64,000 bases of DNA from the IMG/VR virus record IMGVR_UViG_3300028638_000008, positions 1 through 64,000 of that record. One strand, given 5' to 3'. The position numbers and the translations under genes were made by a program. The stretch is from a virus (taxonomy: Duplodnaviria > Caudoviricetes). The notes beneath the pieces are model-generated. The model saw only the letters and a program-made list of their open reading frames with translations. It was not told where the DNA came from and did not search any database. Numbering within the stretch: position 1 is the first letter of the stretch; each line of letters begins with the position of its first letter. Positions 28,765 to 39,426 of the stretch are shown here, one piece after another.

Positions 28765-29106
28765 TCATCTCATATCCCCACTTCCACCAATAACCCCGCG
28801 ATTCTGCCGCGAAGCGAGCTTTTCAATATTAGCGTCTGCAATTTCTTCAAGCTCAAAGCCAAGCGCTTTTCCAAGGCATGAAACATACCAAAGCACGTCG
28901 CCGAGTTCTAACTTGATTGCCTGCCGCTTATCTTCTGGTATCGCAGGCATTTCGCCGTTGCCATTATCGCGAATAAGTTTTTTGATTTTATCGGCAACCT
29001 CGCCCGCCTCTCCTGCAATGCCAAGGGCAAGATAAGGTATCTGCATTGGCGACTTATCAAGCTTGAATGTAGACCATGCTGCTTTTTCGTAGGTTTTGAA
29101 GTTCAT
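28765..29106 (-). CDS. MazG-like NTP pyrophosphohydrolase
   Basis: LGIAGEAGEVADKIKK...ELGDVLWY...N.EKL..R. Confidence 0.85.
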   Translation of the reverse strand: MNFKTYEKAAWSTFKLDKSPMQIPYLALGIAGEAGEVADKIKKLIRDNGNGEMPAIPEDKRQAIKLELGDVLWYVSCLGKALGFELEEIADANIEKLASRQNRGVIGGSGDMR

Positions 29107-29883
29107 TTTTCCCCCTTAAAATACTTGACCAGCTTCCCGCCGTTAGGAAACAAGATAGCACCCTCAGAATCTTTTTTCAAGTCTTTCGGCAAACTTTTCA
29201 CAATTTGCCGCCAAAGGTAAGGGCTGCCGATTAGAACTGTTTCGCCACACAGGGCGGCGTGAACGCTGTTGAAGGTTGATAGTGAGGTTTTATTCATTAT
29301 TTGATTCTTTCTATTAGCGTTTTTGCTTTTATGTTTGATTCAAGTGTCTTAAATTTCGCATGACAAAAACGGCAATTTATTCTTGACTCTGCTTTTAAAT
29401 GACCATTAGAGTCTAGTCTTTGCCAATAATAACGGTCATGATGCCGCCGATAACTGATAATTTCATTATTTTTGTGGCAAATCGGGCAGTCAAATTCTAC
29501 ACCTAATATAACTACGTCAAATTCATCTGCACAGCCGTCATCCAAAATATCTATAGAAATATTAAATGTTTCGTTCATATTACCCTCGCAGTTGCGCGAA
29601 TATGTTCAATTTCATCGCGGCTTAACATGCCAACCATGCTTTGATTTTATGCCTTGCAACCGATATTCTATAAATTCAAGTTCTTTTTGGTAAGAATGGT
29701 TAGGCGTTGTTTCGCCGTAGCCGCCTCGCATTGTGCCGCTTGCCAAGCACGCGGAAAGCTGTTTTTTTGAGCTTTCAAGCTGTTCTCTGTCGAGAGAACA
29801 GAGAATCTTATAAATATCTTCTCTGATAAACTTAATCATGCTTTATTGCACCTCTTTTTGATTTCGTAATTGCTTACAAACCA

Positions 29884-29912
29884 AATATAACACCTTCAAC
29901 CATTACTTGCAA
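29884..29912 (-). promoter_or_regulatory. Early promoter heading the 22.8-29.8 kb leftward block
   Basis: TTGCAA-17nt-TATATT. Confidence 0.75.
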
Positions 29913-29969
29913 GTAAATATTTTTTATCTCTTAAAACCGCACCACAAGCGACTTTGCAAAAAAAATAAA

Positions 29970-29998
29970 TTGACACAACAAAAAAAAAGTTGTAAAAA
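29970..29998 (+). promoter_or_regulatory. Promoter of the scaffold/capsid/tail operon, with an inverted repeat in the spacer
   Basis: TTGACA-17nt-TAAAAA; ACAAC...GTTGT. Confidence 0.5.
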
Positions 29999-30089
29999 TA
30001 GGGTAGTGGTAAAAATACCGCAGGAATGTGGTTATTTTACCGCAAAAATTTACGGTCTGGAAAGACCAAAAACGGGAGACTGGAAAGTC

Positions 30090-30878
30090 ATGGCTTTTAA
30101 ACTGAAGATGAACGAACAGGGTCACGCCGTGGTAGTTGATGGCAAGCCGATTTACGTTGACGACGAAGGCAAGGAACTGCCGTTCTGCGCTAACGAGGCT
30201 TGGAACAAATACCACACGCTGAATGAAGAAAACAAGAAACGTCGAATGCAGGCGGAAGAACTGAGCGCGAAGCTCAAAAATTACGAAGGCTTCGACCCCG
30301 AAGTTATCAAGAGAAATGCTGAGATTGCTGAAAAGTTTAAAGAACATGAAGCAATCAAAAACGGTGAAATCGAAAAGCTGAAAAACGAACTTGTTACCAC
30401 TTCTGAGAAGAAAATCAAAGAATGGGAACAGAAATACAATCAGCTTAACGAAGCCGCTAGACAGCGTGAAGAACGCCTTAACAACGAAATTAACAACAGC
30501 ATTCTTGATTCAATGTTTTCTGGCAGCGAATACGTGAAGAAGAACGTAGAAATGCCGGTTCGCGGGCTTAGAGCACTTTTCGCCAATCGTTTCAAGGTAG
30601 ACCCGGAAACCCGCAAGGTTTACGCGGTAGATGAAGAAGGCAATACGCTTCTGAGTGAAAACAAAATTGGCGCGGTGGCAAGTTTTGAAGAAGCCCTTGA
30701 ACTGCTGATTAAACGTGACCCTGACCGTGACAGAATTTTGAAACCGACAGGCGTAGCAGGCGGCGGTATGCAGAGAAACGGCAAAGGCATTACCAATGCA
30801 GACGAAGCATATCTGAATGACCCGAAAGTCAGCCCGGTTGACAAACAGAATTTTTTACGTAAGCGGCAACTTGCATAA
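30090..30878 (+). CDS. Capsid scaffolding protein
   Basis: MAFKLKMNEQGHAVVVDGKPIY, coiled coil, GGG..NG tail; directly upstream of the capsid gene. Confidence 0.75.
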   Translation: MAFKLKMNEQGHAVVVDGKPIYVDDEGKELPFCANEAWNKYHTLNEENKKRRMQAEELSAKLKNYEGFDPEVIKRNAEIAEKFKEHEAIKNGEIEKLKNELVTTSEKKIKEWEQKYNQLNEAARQREERLNNEINNSILDSMFSGSEYVKKNVEMPVRGLRALFANRFKVDPETRKVYAVDEEGNTLLSENKIGAVASFEEALELLIKRDPDRDRILKPTGVAGGGMQRNGKGITNADEAYLNDPKVSPVDKQNFLRKRQLA

Positions 30879-30933
30879 GGTGGAAACCGGCGCGGTTGTC
30901 AGAGTTGACAACTAATAACAGGAGAATTTTAAA

Positions 30934-31878
30934 ATGGCTCTTACTCTTATCGAATCTGCCAAACTGCACCGCATGAATGGCAACCACGTCGAAGCTAACA
31001 TTGTTGAAATGTTTGCTATGTCGAACAGGCTCATGCAGATTCTGCCGTTCAAAACCATTAACGGCTCTGCATACAAATACAATCAGGAAGGCGAGCTTCC
31101 CGGCGTTGCTTTCCGTGGCGTTAACGGTTCATTCGACGAATCAACTGGCGTCATCAACCCGCAGGTCGAACCCCTGCACATCTCTGGCGGCGATCTTGAC
31201 GTAGACGTTTTTATCGTTAAGACCGAAGGCGAAGAAGCCCGCTCGATTCACGAAAACATGAAAATCAAAGCCGTTGCTAACGATTTTCAGCGCGTTACCT
31301 TCAAGGGCGATTCTTCGACCAACCCGAAAGAACCTGATGGACTTCAGCGCAGACTTACCGGCGATCAGGTAATCAGCAACAAGCGTGCTAACTCTCCTGC
31401 AGGTGGCGAAGTTCTCAGCCTTGCCAAACTCGACGATGCTATCAATGCCGTTTACAATCCGACCCACATTTTCGTCAACAAAAAGATGCACAGCCGCCTT
31501 TCTCAGGCCGCCCGCAATACTTCGGTTGGCGGTAACATTCAGTGGGCACCGAATGAATTTGGTAAGCAGGTTATGATGTATGGCGACCTGCCGATTATCC
31601 CGCTTGAAGATGCTTCAGGCCGCGACCTTGTTCTGCCGTTCACCGAAACCTCATCTGACGGCGCTAGTACTGACTGCACCAGCATCTACGTTGTAAGCGT
31701 TGGCGAAGAAGGCTTCACTGCTATTCAGAACAGCGACATGGAAGTGCGCGACCTCGGCGAAATCGACAGCAAGCCTGTTTATCGCACCCGCGTTGAATGG
31801 TATATCAGCATTTGTCTGAAACATGGCCGCTGTGCTGCCCGCCTGATGGACATCATCGACGGCGCTGTTGTAGCTTAA
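30934..31878 (+). CDS. Major capsid protein (HK97 fold)
   Basis: MALTL.E.AK...LPF..I.G..Y.YN.E..LPGVAFRGVN; strong RBS, biased codons, followed by a terminator. Confidence 0.88.
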   Translation: MALTLIESAKLHRMNGNHVEANIVEMFAMSNRLMQILPFKTINGSAYKYNQEGELPGVAFRGVNGSFDESTGVINPQVEPLHISGGDLDVDVFIVKTEGEEARSIHENMKIKAVANDFQRVTFKGDSSTNPKEPDGLQRRLTGDQVISNKRANSPAGGEVLSLAKLDDAINAVYNPTHIFVNKKMHSRLSQAARNTSVGGNIQWAPNEFGKQVMMYGDLPIIPLEDASGRDLVLPFTETSSDGASTDCTSIYVVSVGEEGFTAIQNSDMEVRDLGEIDSKPVYRTRVEWYISICLKHGRCAARLMDIIDGAVVA

Positions 31879-31884
31879 CCTCAC

Positions 31885-31911
31885 CGGGCGGGGTTAATCC
31901 CCCGCCCTTTT
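31885..31911 (+). terminator. Intrinsic terminator
   Basis: GGGCGGGG...CCCCGCCC-TTTT. Confidence 0.75.
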
Positions 31912-31937
31912 AACCCTTTAAGGAGCAAGATTTAAAA

Positions 31938-32372
31938 ATGTCAAGAAATATTCACCTCGGCACTCTCGATGATCTCCGCATTCTGAAAGATGCAGGCGCT
32001 ATTACCGCTTCTGCCGCTGGCACCGTTGGCGGTTCTGCAAAAGTTATCGACCTTGGCGAAGCTCGCACCGATGCAAAAGCTATTGTAAACGTAACTGCCG
32101 CAGGCACCGGCACCGGCGAAAAACAGGTTATCAATATTCAGGTTTCTGACGACAACTTCGCAGGCGACATTTACAATGTTGCAGTGCTTGAGCTTGGCGA
32201 TGCTGGTCAGCTTGTTGGCGATACCGATGTGGGCGTTGGCACTTATGAACTGCCGTTCACCAATGTTATCAACGGCGTTGTTAAGCCTTACGTGCGCGTA
32301 TATGCCACCATTACCGATGTATCGCCTGATACCTCGCTGAACTACGAATGTCATCTTGTGCCGCTGAAATAA
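31938..32372 (+). CDS. Capsid decoration/cement protein (Bbp16-like)
   Basis: Beta-rich, ...VIDLG...VRVYAT; follows the capsid gene. Confidence 0.55.
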   Translation: MSRNIHLGTLDDLRILKDAGAITASAAGTVGGSAKVIDLGEARTDAKAIVNVTAAGTGTGEKQVINIQVSDDNFAGDIYNVAVLELGDAGQLVGDTDVGVGTYELPFTNVINGVVKPYVRVYATITDVSPDTSLNYECHLVPLK

Positions 32373-32382
32373 GGGGTAACGC

Positions 32383-32721
32383 ATGAAAGTTGTTGATGAA
32401 ATCAAGGAACGTGTCAGCAAGGCGGATAAACCCGGCTCTTATCGCCCTTATATCACTCTGTTTAACAAAGTGACCGGCGCGACTAAGGTATTCCCGGCTC
32501 TTGATGCCGTTGCTGCGCTCAGCTTGCCGAATAGCAAATGGTCAAAAGAGCCTGTCACTGCCGCCGCTCCGGTTGTGGTTGCAAAACCGCTTTCTGAAGC
32601 AGTCGTAGAAAAGGCGCCTGAACCCGTTGCAAACCCTGACGAAGCCATGCCGCTTCCGGTTGCTGAAGAACAGCCCGAAGAAAGACCGGCAAGGCGCGGC
32701 AGACGGCCTGCTGAATACTAA
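32383..32721 (+). CDS. Hypothetical virion-associated protein with an Ala/Pro/Glu-rich tail
   Basis: Position and composition. Confidence 0.5.
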   Translation: MKVVDEIKERVSKADKPGSYRPYITLFNKVTGATKVFPALDAVAALSLPNSKWSKEPVTAAAPVVVAKPLSEAVVEKAPEPVANPDEAMPLPVAEEQPEERPARRGRRPAEY

Positions 32722-32782
32722 CAAAGCCGGGGCTGGTTGAGCAATCGGCCAGCCCCTTTCTTTTGCTTTAAGGGAGCGTAAA

Positions 32783-33325
32783 ATGCCTGTATCGCCTGAT
32801 TTATTAATCGTTGAGGACGGCTCAATCGTTGCTGATGCTAATTCTTACATTACATACGATTACGCCGAAAACTATCACGCATTGCGCGGCAATTCCGCAT
32901 GGGCGGCGGGCGACCCTTCCGAAAAGCAATACGCAATCATTCGCGCAACTCAGGCAGTTGATTCAATATACAAAGGCCAATGGGAAGGCTCGCAGACGGA
33001 ATACGGCACACAAGAGCTTGAATGGCCGCGTCAAGGCGTATGGGTTGGCGATGTTGAAATAGCCGATGATACCATACCGACTGCGCTGAAAAAAGCCGTT
33101 TGTGAAGCCGCATTGCGAGAGCTTGCAAGCCCTAACAGTATGATGCCTGATCTCGATCGGGGCGGCAAAATCAAAAGAGTTAAAGCCGATACCGTCGAAG
33201 TCGAATACTCAGAAGGCGCAAGCTCGACCACTTCATTCACGGCCATTGATGGGCTTCTAGTTGATTTAATCGCGGGCGCAAGTGCAGATGGGCTTGCATC
33301 TTATGACATTGAGTTAGGCGGCTAA
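32783..33325 (+). CDS. Head-tail adaptor (DnaT-like family)
   Basis: IVEDGS....ANSY......YH..RG...Q.LEWPR...IP..LK.A.CE.AL. Confidence 0.75.
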   Translation: MPVSPDLLIVEDGSIVADANSYITYDYAENYHALRGNSAWAAGDPSEKQYAIIRATQAVDSIYKGQWEGSQTEYGTQELEWPRQGVWVGDVEIADDTIPTALKKAVCEAALRELASPNSMMPDLDRGGKIKRVKADTVEVEYSEGASSTTSFTAIDGLLVDLIAGASADGLASYDIELGG

Positions 33326-33327
33326 TC

Positions 33328-33687
33328 ATGGGCTTGTTAGACGGTGGCATAAAATCAATCGTTGGAAATGCCTTACAGGGTATTTTTCTCGATTTTTCTA
33401 TCATTAAGAAAACTGTAACCCCCGGCGCTGACCCGTGGCAACCTTCAATTACCACTGAAACCGTCACCGCTTGCAAGGCCATTGTTACCCGCTTCAAATA
33501 CCACGAAATCGACGGCGAGCGTGTTAAAATGGAAGACCGCAAAATCATTATACTTGCCGAAGGCTTGGCTGTTGTGCCCGAAATTGGCGATTATATGAAG
33601 GGTTCTACTGACTCACGGCGTTATCAGGTTGTCAGCCCGGTTACAAAAGACCCGGCAGGCGCGACTTATGTTGTGCAGGCGCGTTAA
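33328..33687 (+). CDS. Head closure protein
   Basis: Size and synteny. Confidence 0.55.
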   Translation: MGLLDGGIKSIVGNALQGIFLDFSIIKKTVTPGADPWQPSITTETVTACKAIVTRFKYHEIDGERVKMEDRKIIILAEGLAVVPEIGDYMKGSTDSRRYQVVSPVTKDPAGATYVVQAR

Positions 33688-34160
33688 TGGCAAAGAAAAG
33701 CTATAAAATCGACGGTTTTATCGCAGAAATGAAGTCTTTTCAAGATAAGATTCTGCCTGAAACTTTCGTGGCTTTTCAGAAATGGGTTGCACTTGAAGTT
33801 TATAAGCGAATCATGCAAAAAACACCCGTTGATGAAGGCATTTTGCGCGGCTCTTGGACGATAAGCGTTGGTCAGCAAGATAAGACTGAAGCCAATCGCA
33901 AAACAAGCGCAAATCAGGGCGATTCTATGGCCCCCGACGAATTAGCCTTTTTCACATCTGGTGTTGCGCAAATGAACAATCTTGAAATCGGGCAGATAGT
34001 TTGGATTAATAACGCGATGCCGTATGTTTTGCGCATTGAGTTTGATGGGCACTCAAGCGTTAAAGCGCCGAACGGCATGGTTCGTTTAAGTATTCAGGAA
34101 GTTAAAACATACTTTAAATCTATCAAAAACGTGAAAATTACTCCGACAAAAGGCAAATAA
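33687..34160 (+). CDS. HK97 gp10-like tail completion protein
   Basis: TPVDEG.LRGSW...N..PY...IEF..S.KAP.GM. Confidence 0.7.
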   Translation: MAKKSYKIDGFIAEMKSFQDKILPETFVAFQKWVALEVYKRIMQKTPVDEGILRGSWTISVGQQDKTEANRKTSANQGDSMAPDELAFFTSGVAQMNNLEIGQIVWINNAMPYVLRIEFDGHSSVKAPNGMVRLSIQEVKTYFKSIKNVKITPTKGK

Positions 34161-34610
34161 ATGACAGCGCCAACAAATTACAAATCAGAATATCAAGCGA
34201 TAGCCGGTATTTTCAATGCGGGTTGGAAACAAGGCTCGCCCGCTGTTTATATCACGCCTATTTTGTGGCCCGGTGTTAATTCGGCCATACCAACCGACGC
34301 CAACGGTGAGCAGGTTAATCACGTTAGATTTTTCATAACCAACGGCGAGGCACAGCAAATCAGCGTAGGCGCACCCGGCGCTAATGTTTTTCGGCACCCC
34401 GGCATTGTTTCTTGCAAGATTTACACAAAATCAAACCTTGGCGAAATTCCCGCAAAAGAGTTAGCCGATAAATTTTGTGCAATTTTTCGTAACGCAAACA
34501 CGCCCGGAATTAGGTTCGACGCGCCCTACAGTGTTATAATAGGGCAGACTGAAAATGGCTTTTATCAAATCAACTGTTTTGCCCCGTTTGAGCGGGATTC
34601 ATTACTTTAA
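34161..34610 (+). CDS. Tail terminator protein
   Basis: Synteny; precedes the tail tube gene. Confidence 0.55.
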   Translation: MTAPTNYKSEYQAIAGIFNAGWKQGSPAVYITPILWPGVNSAIPTDANGEQVNHVRFFITNGEAQQISVGAPGANVFRHPGIVSCKIYTKSNLGEIPAKELADKFCAIFRNANTPGIRFDAPYSVIIGQTENGFYQINCFAPFERDSLL

Positions 34611-34623
34611 AGGAGATTTTTAA

Positions 34624-35541
34624 ATGAACAGTTCTGAAACCACAATCGGCATTTTGGCCGAAACCACATGGGGCGAATTACCATCACCGGCAGTATTTAC
34701 CCCGGTTCGCTTCACGGGCGAAACTCTGAAAATTGGCCGTGAGTATGTTGAAAGTGAAGAAATAGAGCCAAGCGGCAACGTTACTGATTCAATTATGGTT
34801 GGTGGCGACGCTTCTGGCGGGTTTGATGCAGAATTTAGCTATGGCACTTTCGACGCCCTTATCGAGTCAGCACTTAGAAGCACATGGTCAACTAATGTAA
34901 TCAAAAATGCCGTTACTCAGAAATCTTTTCACATTCAGAAAAAGCAGACTGGCGGCGGCGATGCAGCGGTATATGAGCTTTACAAGGGCATGGTTGTCAA
35001 CACAATGGCAATCAATATCAGCGCAAAAGCCAAAACAACCGTATCTTTCACTTTTGCGGGCAAAAATGGCGTTACGGGCACCGCCCCGACCGGCTCTTTC
35101 GGCTCTGCAACTGATACCGCCATTCTCGACGCCTCTAACGCTTTCGTGCTTGATAAAGCTTTCGGCCCTTCGCCGCTGCCTAAGCTTATGAGTATGACTA
35201 TCAATATCGACAACGGCCTGACTGGTAGACCCGTAGCCGGTTCAGTAGACCTGCTCAGGATTTCGCAGAGTAGATGTAGGGTTACTGGTTCTGCAAGTTT
35301 CTACTTTCAGAATAAGGCTATGATGGACTTGTTTCTTGCAGGCACCGGCGGCGAGCTTGCTGTAACTCTCGGCAAGGTTACCGGCGAAAAGTATTCAATC
35401 TCTATGCCTTCGGTTAAAATCACTGACGCAGACCATTTCAGCCCGAACAATGAAGATGATGTTATGCTGAATATCACTTGGCAGGCGTCAAAAGACACCA
35501 CCCTTGGCGCAACTATCGAAATCACCCGCGCCGTAGCGTAA
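34624..35541 (+). CDS. Major tail tube protein
   Basis: ETTWG..P...RFTGETL...ESEEI; followed by a terminator and the chaperone gene. Confidence 0.8.
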   Translation: MNSSETTIGILAETTWGELPSPAVFTPVRFTGETLKIGREYVESEEIEPSGNVTDSIMVGGDASGGFDAEFSYGTFDALIESALRSTWSTNVIKNAVTQKSFHIQKKQTGGGDAAVYELYKGMVVNTMAINISAKAKTTVSFTFAGKNGVTGTAPTGSFGSATDTAILDASNAFVLDKAFGPSPLPKLMSMTINIDNGLTGRPVAGSVDLLRISQSRCRVTGSASFYFQNKAMMDLFLAGTGGELAVTLGKVTGEKYSISMPSVKITDADHFSPNNEDDVMLNITWQASKDTTLGATIEITRAVA

Positions 35542-35597
35542 CGAACTTGAGCGGGGTAGCAATACCCCGCTTTAAATAAAACATAGGAGAAATCAAA

Positions 35598-36355
35598 ATG
35601 GCGGATATCAAAAAACTTTTCGGAACCAACAAGCAGAAAGAATCAGAAGGCACTTTCGTTTCAATCGGCAACGGCATTGAAGTTAAAGTAAAACGCGCTG
35701 GCACGGCCAATAAAGACTTCACTTTTGCTCAGGCAAAGATGCTTAGACCCTATTCAAAGCAGATTCAGGCGGGCACCGTAGACCCGGCAGACCTTACCGC
35801 GATTAACATTAAGCTATTTGCTGACCACGTTGTCACCGATTGGAAGGGCGTCGAGATTGATTGCGTCGAGATTCCTTTCAGCAAAAAGGCATTTATCGAA
35901 CTCTCAAAAGAAATGCCTGATTTTTTCTCTGAAGTATTTAACGCGGCCTATGAAATGCAGAATTTCAAAGACGCAGAGGACGATGAACTGTTGGGAAAGC
36001 CAGAGAGTTCTACCGATACCGATTAAACTACCGCGAATTATGGGAAGTCTTTCAAAAAGACACTGACGAAACGGGGAAACTGCATGAGAAGCTTGCTAAT
36101 GCGCCATCGTTGCCTCAAGTGTGCGAGCCGTTTTGGAACGCATACGGCGAATTGTCCGGCAGTAGGGGCTATTCAGAATGTATCCCCGTTTCGGAAGTTA
36201 AAGCCTATTGCGAGTTTTACGGTATTAACGATGATTGGTGCAAGTCTTTTCTTATGGCGTTCTCAGCAGAGTTAAACTGCGAATTACTCGAATACAAAGA
36301 ACGTCAGCGGGAAATCGAACAAAGTAGAAACAAGATAGGGCGTAAAACTAAGTAA
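35598..36355 (+). CDS. Tail assembly chaperone G (35598-36026) with -1 frameshift extension GT (to 36355)
   Basis: Lambda-type slippery heptamer GGGAAAG at 35993-35999; the -1 frame is open to 36355 and in frame with ORF 36110..36355. Confidence 0.8.
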
Positions 36356-36366
36356 GGCGGTGGCTT

Positions 36367-39300
36367 ATGGCTGAAGTATATCTTGGAGTCGGCATTGATG
36401 CCAGCGGTGCGCAACAAGGCGCGGCGCAATATGATAACGCGGCGAAAAAGGTTACTGAAGGCGCGAAAAAAGCCACAAAAGAAAATGAAGCCTTAACTAA
36501 GCAAATCAAAGAAGCTCAGAAGGTTATTCAGCTTCAGCAAAAGCAACTTGATTCAGTCGGCGGGGCGCTTGACCAGTATAAAATGGCTCTTGGTCAAGCC
36601 CGCCTTGCTGTTTCTCAGAAGCAAAAGCAGATTGATTCAATCAAACAGGCTTTGATGCAGTATGAAAACGCTTTGAGGGCGTCAGAAAAAGCTGTTCGCG
36701 ATCAGGGCGAAGAAATCGAATCTTTAAAGCAGAAACTTGAAGATAGTAACAACAAAATAAAAGAATCTCAAAAAACATGGGACGGCTATAAATCGCAGAT
36801 TAACAATACTCTGCTGGTGGTTAAAGCCTTCGCTGCCGCTACCGCCGCCCTTGCCGTGCGTGAAATATCTAATTTTACGCAAGAGCTTTCTAATGCCCGT
36901 GCTATGACCGGCGCTTCTGGCGAGGACATGGATAAACTAACAAAAGTTATTCGTGAACTTGGCGCGTCCACCGTATTTTCTGCTGGTGAAGTTGCAAAAG
37001 CTGCCGCAGAGCTTGGCAAGGCTGGTTTTAATACGCAGGAAATTATGACCGCTCTGCCCGCAACTCTCGACCTTGCATCAGCGGCAACCATCGGCATCGC
37101 AGAGGCTTCAAAAATAACCGCAAACGTTATGAACGGTTTCGGGTTATCTACGGCAGACGTTGGCAGAGCCGCTGATATTCTTGGCGCAATCGCTATTAAC
37201 TCAGCTACCGACGTTTCAGGGCTTGGCGATGCGATGAAATTTGCAGGCCCGCCCTCAAAAATGCTTGGCATTTCGCTTGAAACTACAGCAGCGGCAATGG
37301 CTACAATGGCTCAAAATGGCCTTGAGGGTGGTCAGGCAGGTAGAAACTTTGCAAGTATGCTTTTTGCGCTTTTAAAACCGACTGGCGAGGCTAAAAAGGC
37401 CATTAAAGAATTAAAAATAAGCCTTGACGATGTTAACCCTTCAATGAATAAGATTGAAGATATTATCAAGCGCTTTACCAAAGCCAATATCGACGCAACG
37501 CAAGCGGCTATTATTTTTGGGGCAGAAGGATTCAGAGCTTTCAGCGCCCTTTCCACAAGCCCCGAAATCTTTGAAAAAATGACTCAGGTTATCGGCAAGG
37601 CTGATGGTTCTTTGCGTAAAATTTCGCAGATAAAACTTGATAATATTGCAGGTGATTTTGAAAAGCTTACCGGCGAGCTTTCAGAATCAGCTTTACAACT
37701 TGGCAACCTTGGATTAACAGGCGCAATTAGAAGCTTTTTGCAAGAATCTACAAAATGGGTTGAATCGTTAAATCAAACTTTTGAAGCAATCAGCAAAAAT
37801 AAAGAAGCTGCCGCGTTTTTTTCTGATGTTATGGGCGGCCTTGCTTTAACTATTGGCGGCGTTATGGTTTTAAAACTTGCCGAGTGGGCCTATGGTGCCG
37901 CCGCCGCCTTTGCTGCCGCTGGCATTGCTGCCGGTGCTTTTACAAGCGCCCTTGTTTTACTTACCGGTGGAGCTACAATCGGCGCTCTTGCCTATCTCGC
38001 AAAGCTTAGAATGGAAACAATCGACCTTGAAGAAGAAACGCGCAAACAAGAAGAAGCCCTTCTCGACCTGCCCGGCGCATACGGCACTGCTGCAAGAGCG
38101 GGCCGCGTTCACATGCTTGAGTTGCAGCTTGCAACCATGCGAACTACTGCCGAAATTGAAAAAATGATTGCAGAATTGCAAGGAAAACAGTTTGCGCCTG
38201 ATTTAATGGGCATCGGCGGCACCGCTCAATTTGCAATTACTCAGCAAATCGACGCGGCTAATGCCGAACTTGCAAAACGCGCAAAGATTGAAAAAGAAAT
38301 TGCAGACCTAAAAAATACTCAGTTTTATTGGGAAACCATGAATAGCAAAGCGGCCCGCGACGGTTTGCGGGGCGCAACTGATTATGCAGATAAAATCGCC
38401 AAAGGCATGCTTGGCCTTGCGGGTGGTTTTTCTGTTGGGCCACTGCCAAGAGGCGAAAGCGCAACTACACCGCCCGCTACTGTTTCACAAGCAGCAGGCG
38501 CAACAAGAGCAGAAAAGCCGGTAAAATCATCGCCATACGATACTGACGGCATTATGTCTTTCGCTTTTTCTCAGATGGCTGTTTTAAAGCAAGAATCAGA
38601 CAAGGCTATTGAAGTTTTTAAACAGCAGGAAATGGCAAAAGAAAAATATATGCAGGGGCTTGAAAAGCAATCACAAGCAGAACAAAAGCGCCTTGAATTA
38701 ACCAAACAATACGGCGACAATGTAGCCGAAATTGATACTCAGATGCAGCTTTACAACGCAACCAGAGAACACGGGCTGGTTGTTGGCAGCGAAGAATATT
38801 TACAGGCAGAGCGACTTATTAAGGCGCAAAAAGATTCTGCCGCAAGCACAAAAGAACTTGAAGAAGCCCGCAGAAAAGAACTTGATGCAACAAAGAAGGC
38901 TGAAGAAGCTCACAAGCAATGGGCTAACTCAATGACCTACGCTTTCAAAGACGCGATAATGAACAGCAAAAACTTAGGCGACGCTCTGAGTAACCTTGCC
39001 AACCGCGTTCAGGATATGCTTGTAAACAAGGCGCTTGATAGTCTGCTTGGCGGCTTTTTCGGTGGTTTTTCAAAAGGTGCAGCATTTCAGGCAGGCGGCG
39101 TTACGGCTTTTGCAAGCGGCGGCGTAGTTTCTCAGCCTTCATTTTTCCCGATGTCAGGCAATAGAACCGGCTTAATAGGCGAGGCAGGGCCAGAGGCAAT
39201 CATGCCCCTTACTCGCACAAGCTCAGGCGATTTGGGCGTTAGAGCAATCGGCGGCGGTGGCACAACCGTTATCGCGCCCGTGGTTAATATCAGCGTCAGC

Positions 39301-39426
39301 GGCGGTTCTGAAGAACAGAATCAAGACGCAGCAACCAAGGTCAGCGCGGCTGTTAGAGATGCAATCGACGACGTAGTTATGAATGTTCTTTTGCGCGAAA
39401 AGCGCCCCGGAGGTAGTTTAACATGA
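36367..39426 (+). CDS. Tape measure protein
   Basis: 1019 aa, Ala/Gly-rich helical; TP901-like core; C-terminal F..GG...GEAGPEAIMPL. Confidence 0.92.
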   Translation: MAEVYLGVGIDASGAQQGAAQYDNAAKKVTEGAKKATKENEALTKQIKEAQKVIQLQQKQLDSVGGALDQYKMALGQARLAVSQKQKQIDSIKQALMQYENALRASEKAVRDQGEEIESLKQKLEDSNNKIKESQKTWDGYKSQINNTLLVVKAFAAATAALAVREISNFTQELSNARAMTGASGEDMDKLTKVIRELGASTVFSAGEVAKAAAELGKAGFNTQEIMTALPATLDLASAATIGIAEASKITANVMNGFGLSTADVGRAADILGAIAINSATDVSGLGDAMKFAGPPSKMLGISLETTAAAMATMAQNGLEGGQAGRNFASMLFALLKPTGEAKKAIKELKISLDDVNPSMNKIEDIIKRFTKANIDATQAAIIFGAEGFRAFSALSTSPEIFEKMTQVIGKADGSLRKISQIKLDNIAGDFEKLTGELSESALQLGNLGLTGAIRSFLQESTKWVESLNQTFEAISKNKEAAAFFSDVMGGLALTIGGVMVLKLAEWAYGAAAAFAAAGIAAGAFTSALVLLTGGATIGALAYLAKLRMETIDLEEETRKQEEALLDLPGAYGTAARAGRVHMLELQLATMRTTAEIEKMIAELQGKQFAPDLMGIGGTAQFAITQQIDAANAELAKRAKIEKEIADLKNTQFYWETMNSKAARDGLRGATDYADKIAKGMLGLAGGFSVGPLPRGESATTPPATVSQAAGATRAEKPVKSSPYDTDGIMSFAFSQMAVLKQESDKAIEVFKQQEMAKEKYMQGLEKQSQAEQKRLELTKQYGDNVAEIDTQMQLYNATREHGLVVGSEEYLQAERLIKAQKDSAASTKELEEARRKELDATKKAEEAHKQWANSMTYAFKDAIMNSKNLGDALSNLANRVQDMLVNKALDSLLGGFFGGFSKGAAFQAGGVTAFASGGVVSQPSFFPMSGNRTGLIGEAGPEAIMPLTRTSSGDLGVRAIGGGGTTVIAPVVNISVSGGSEEQNQDAATKVSAAVRDAIDDVVMNVLLREKRPGGSLT

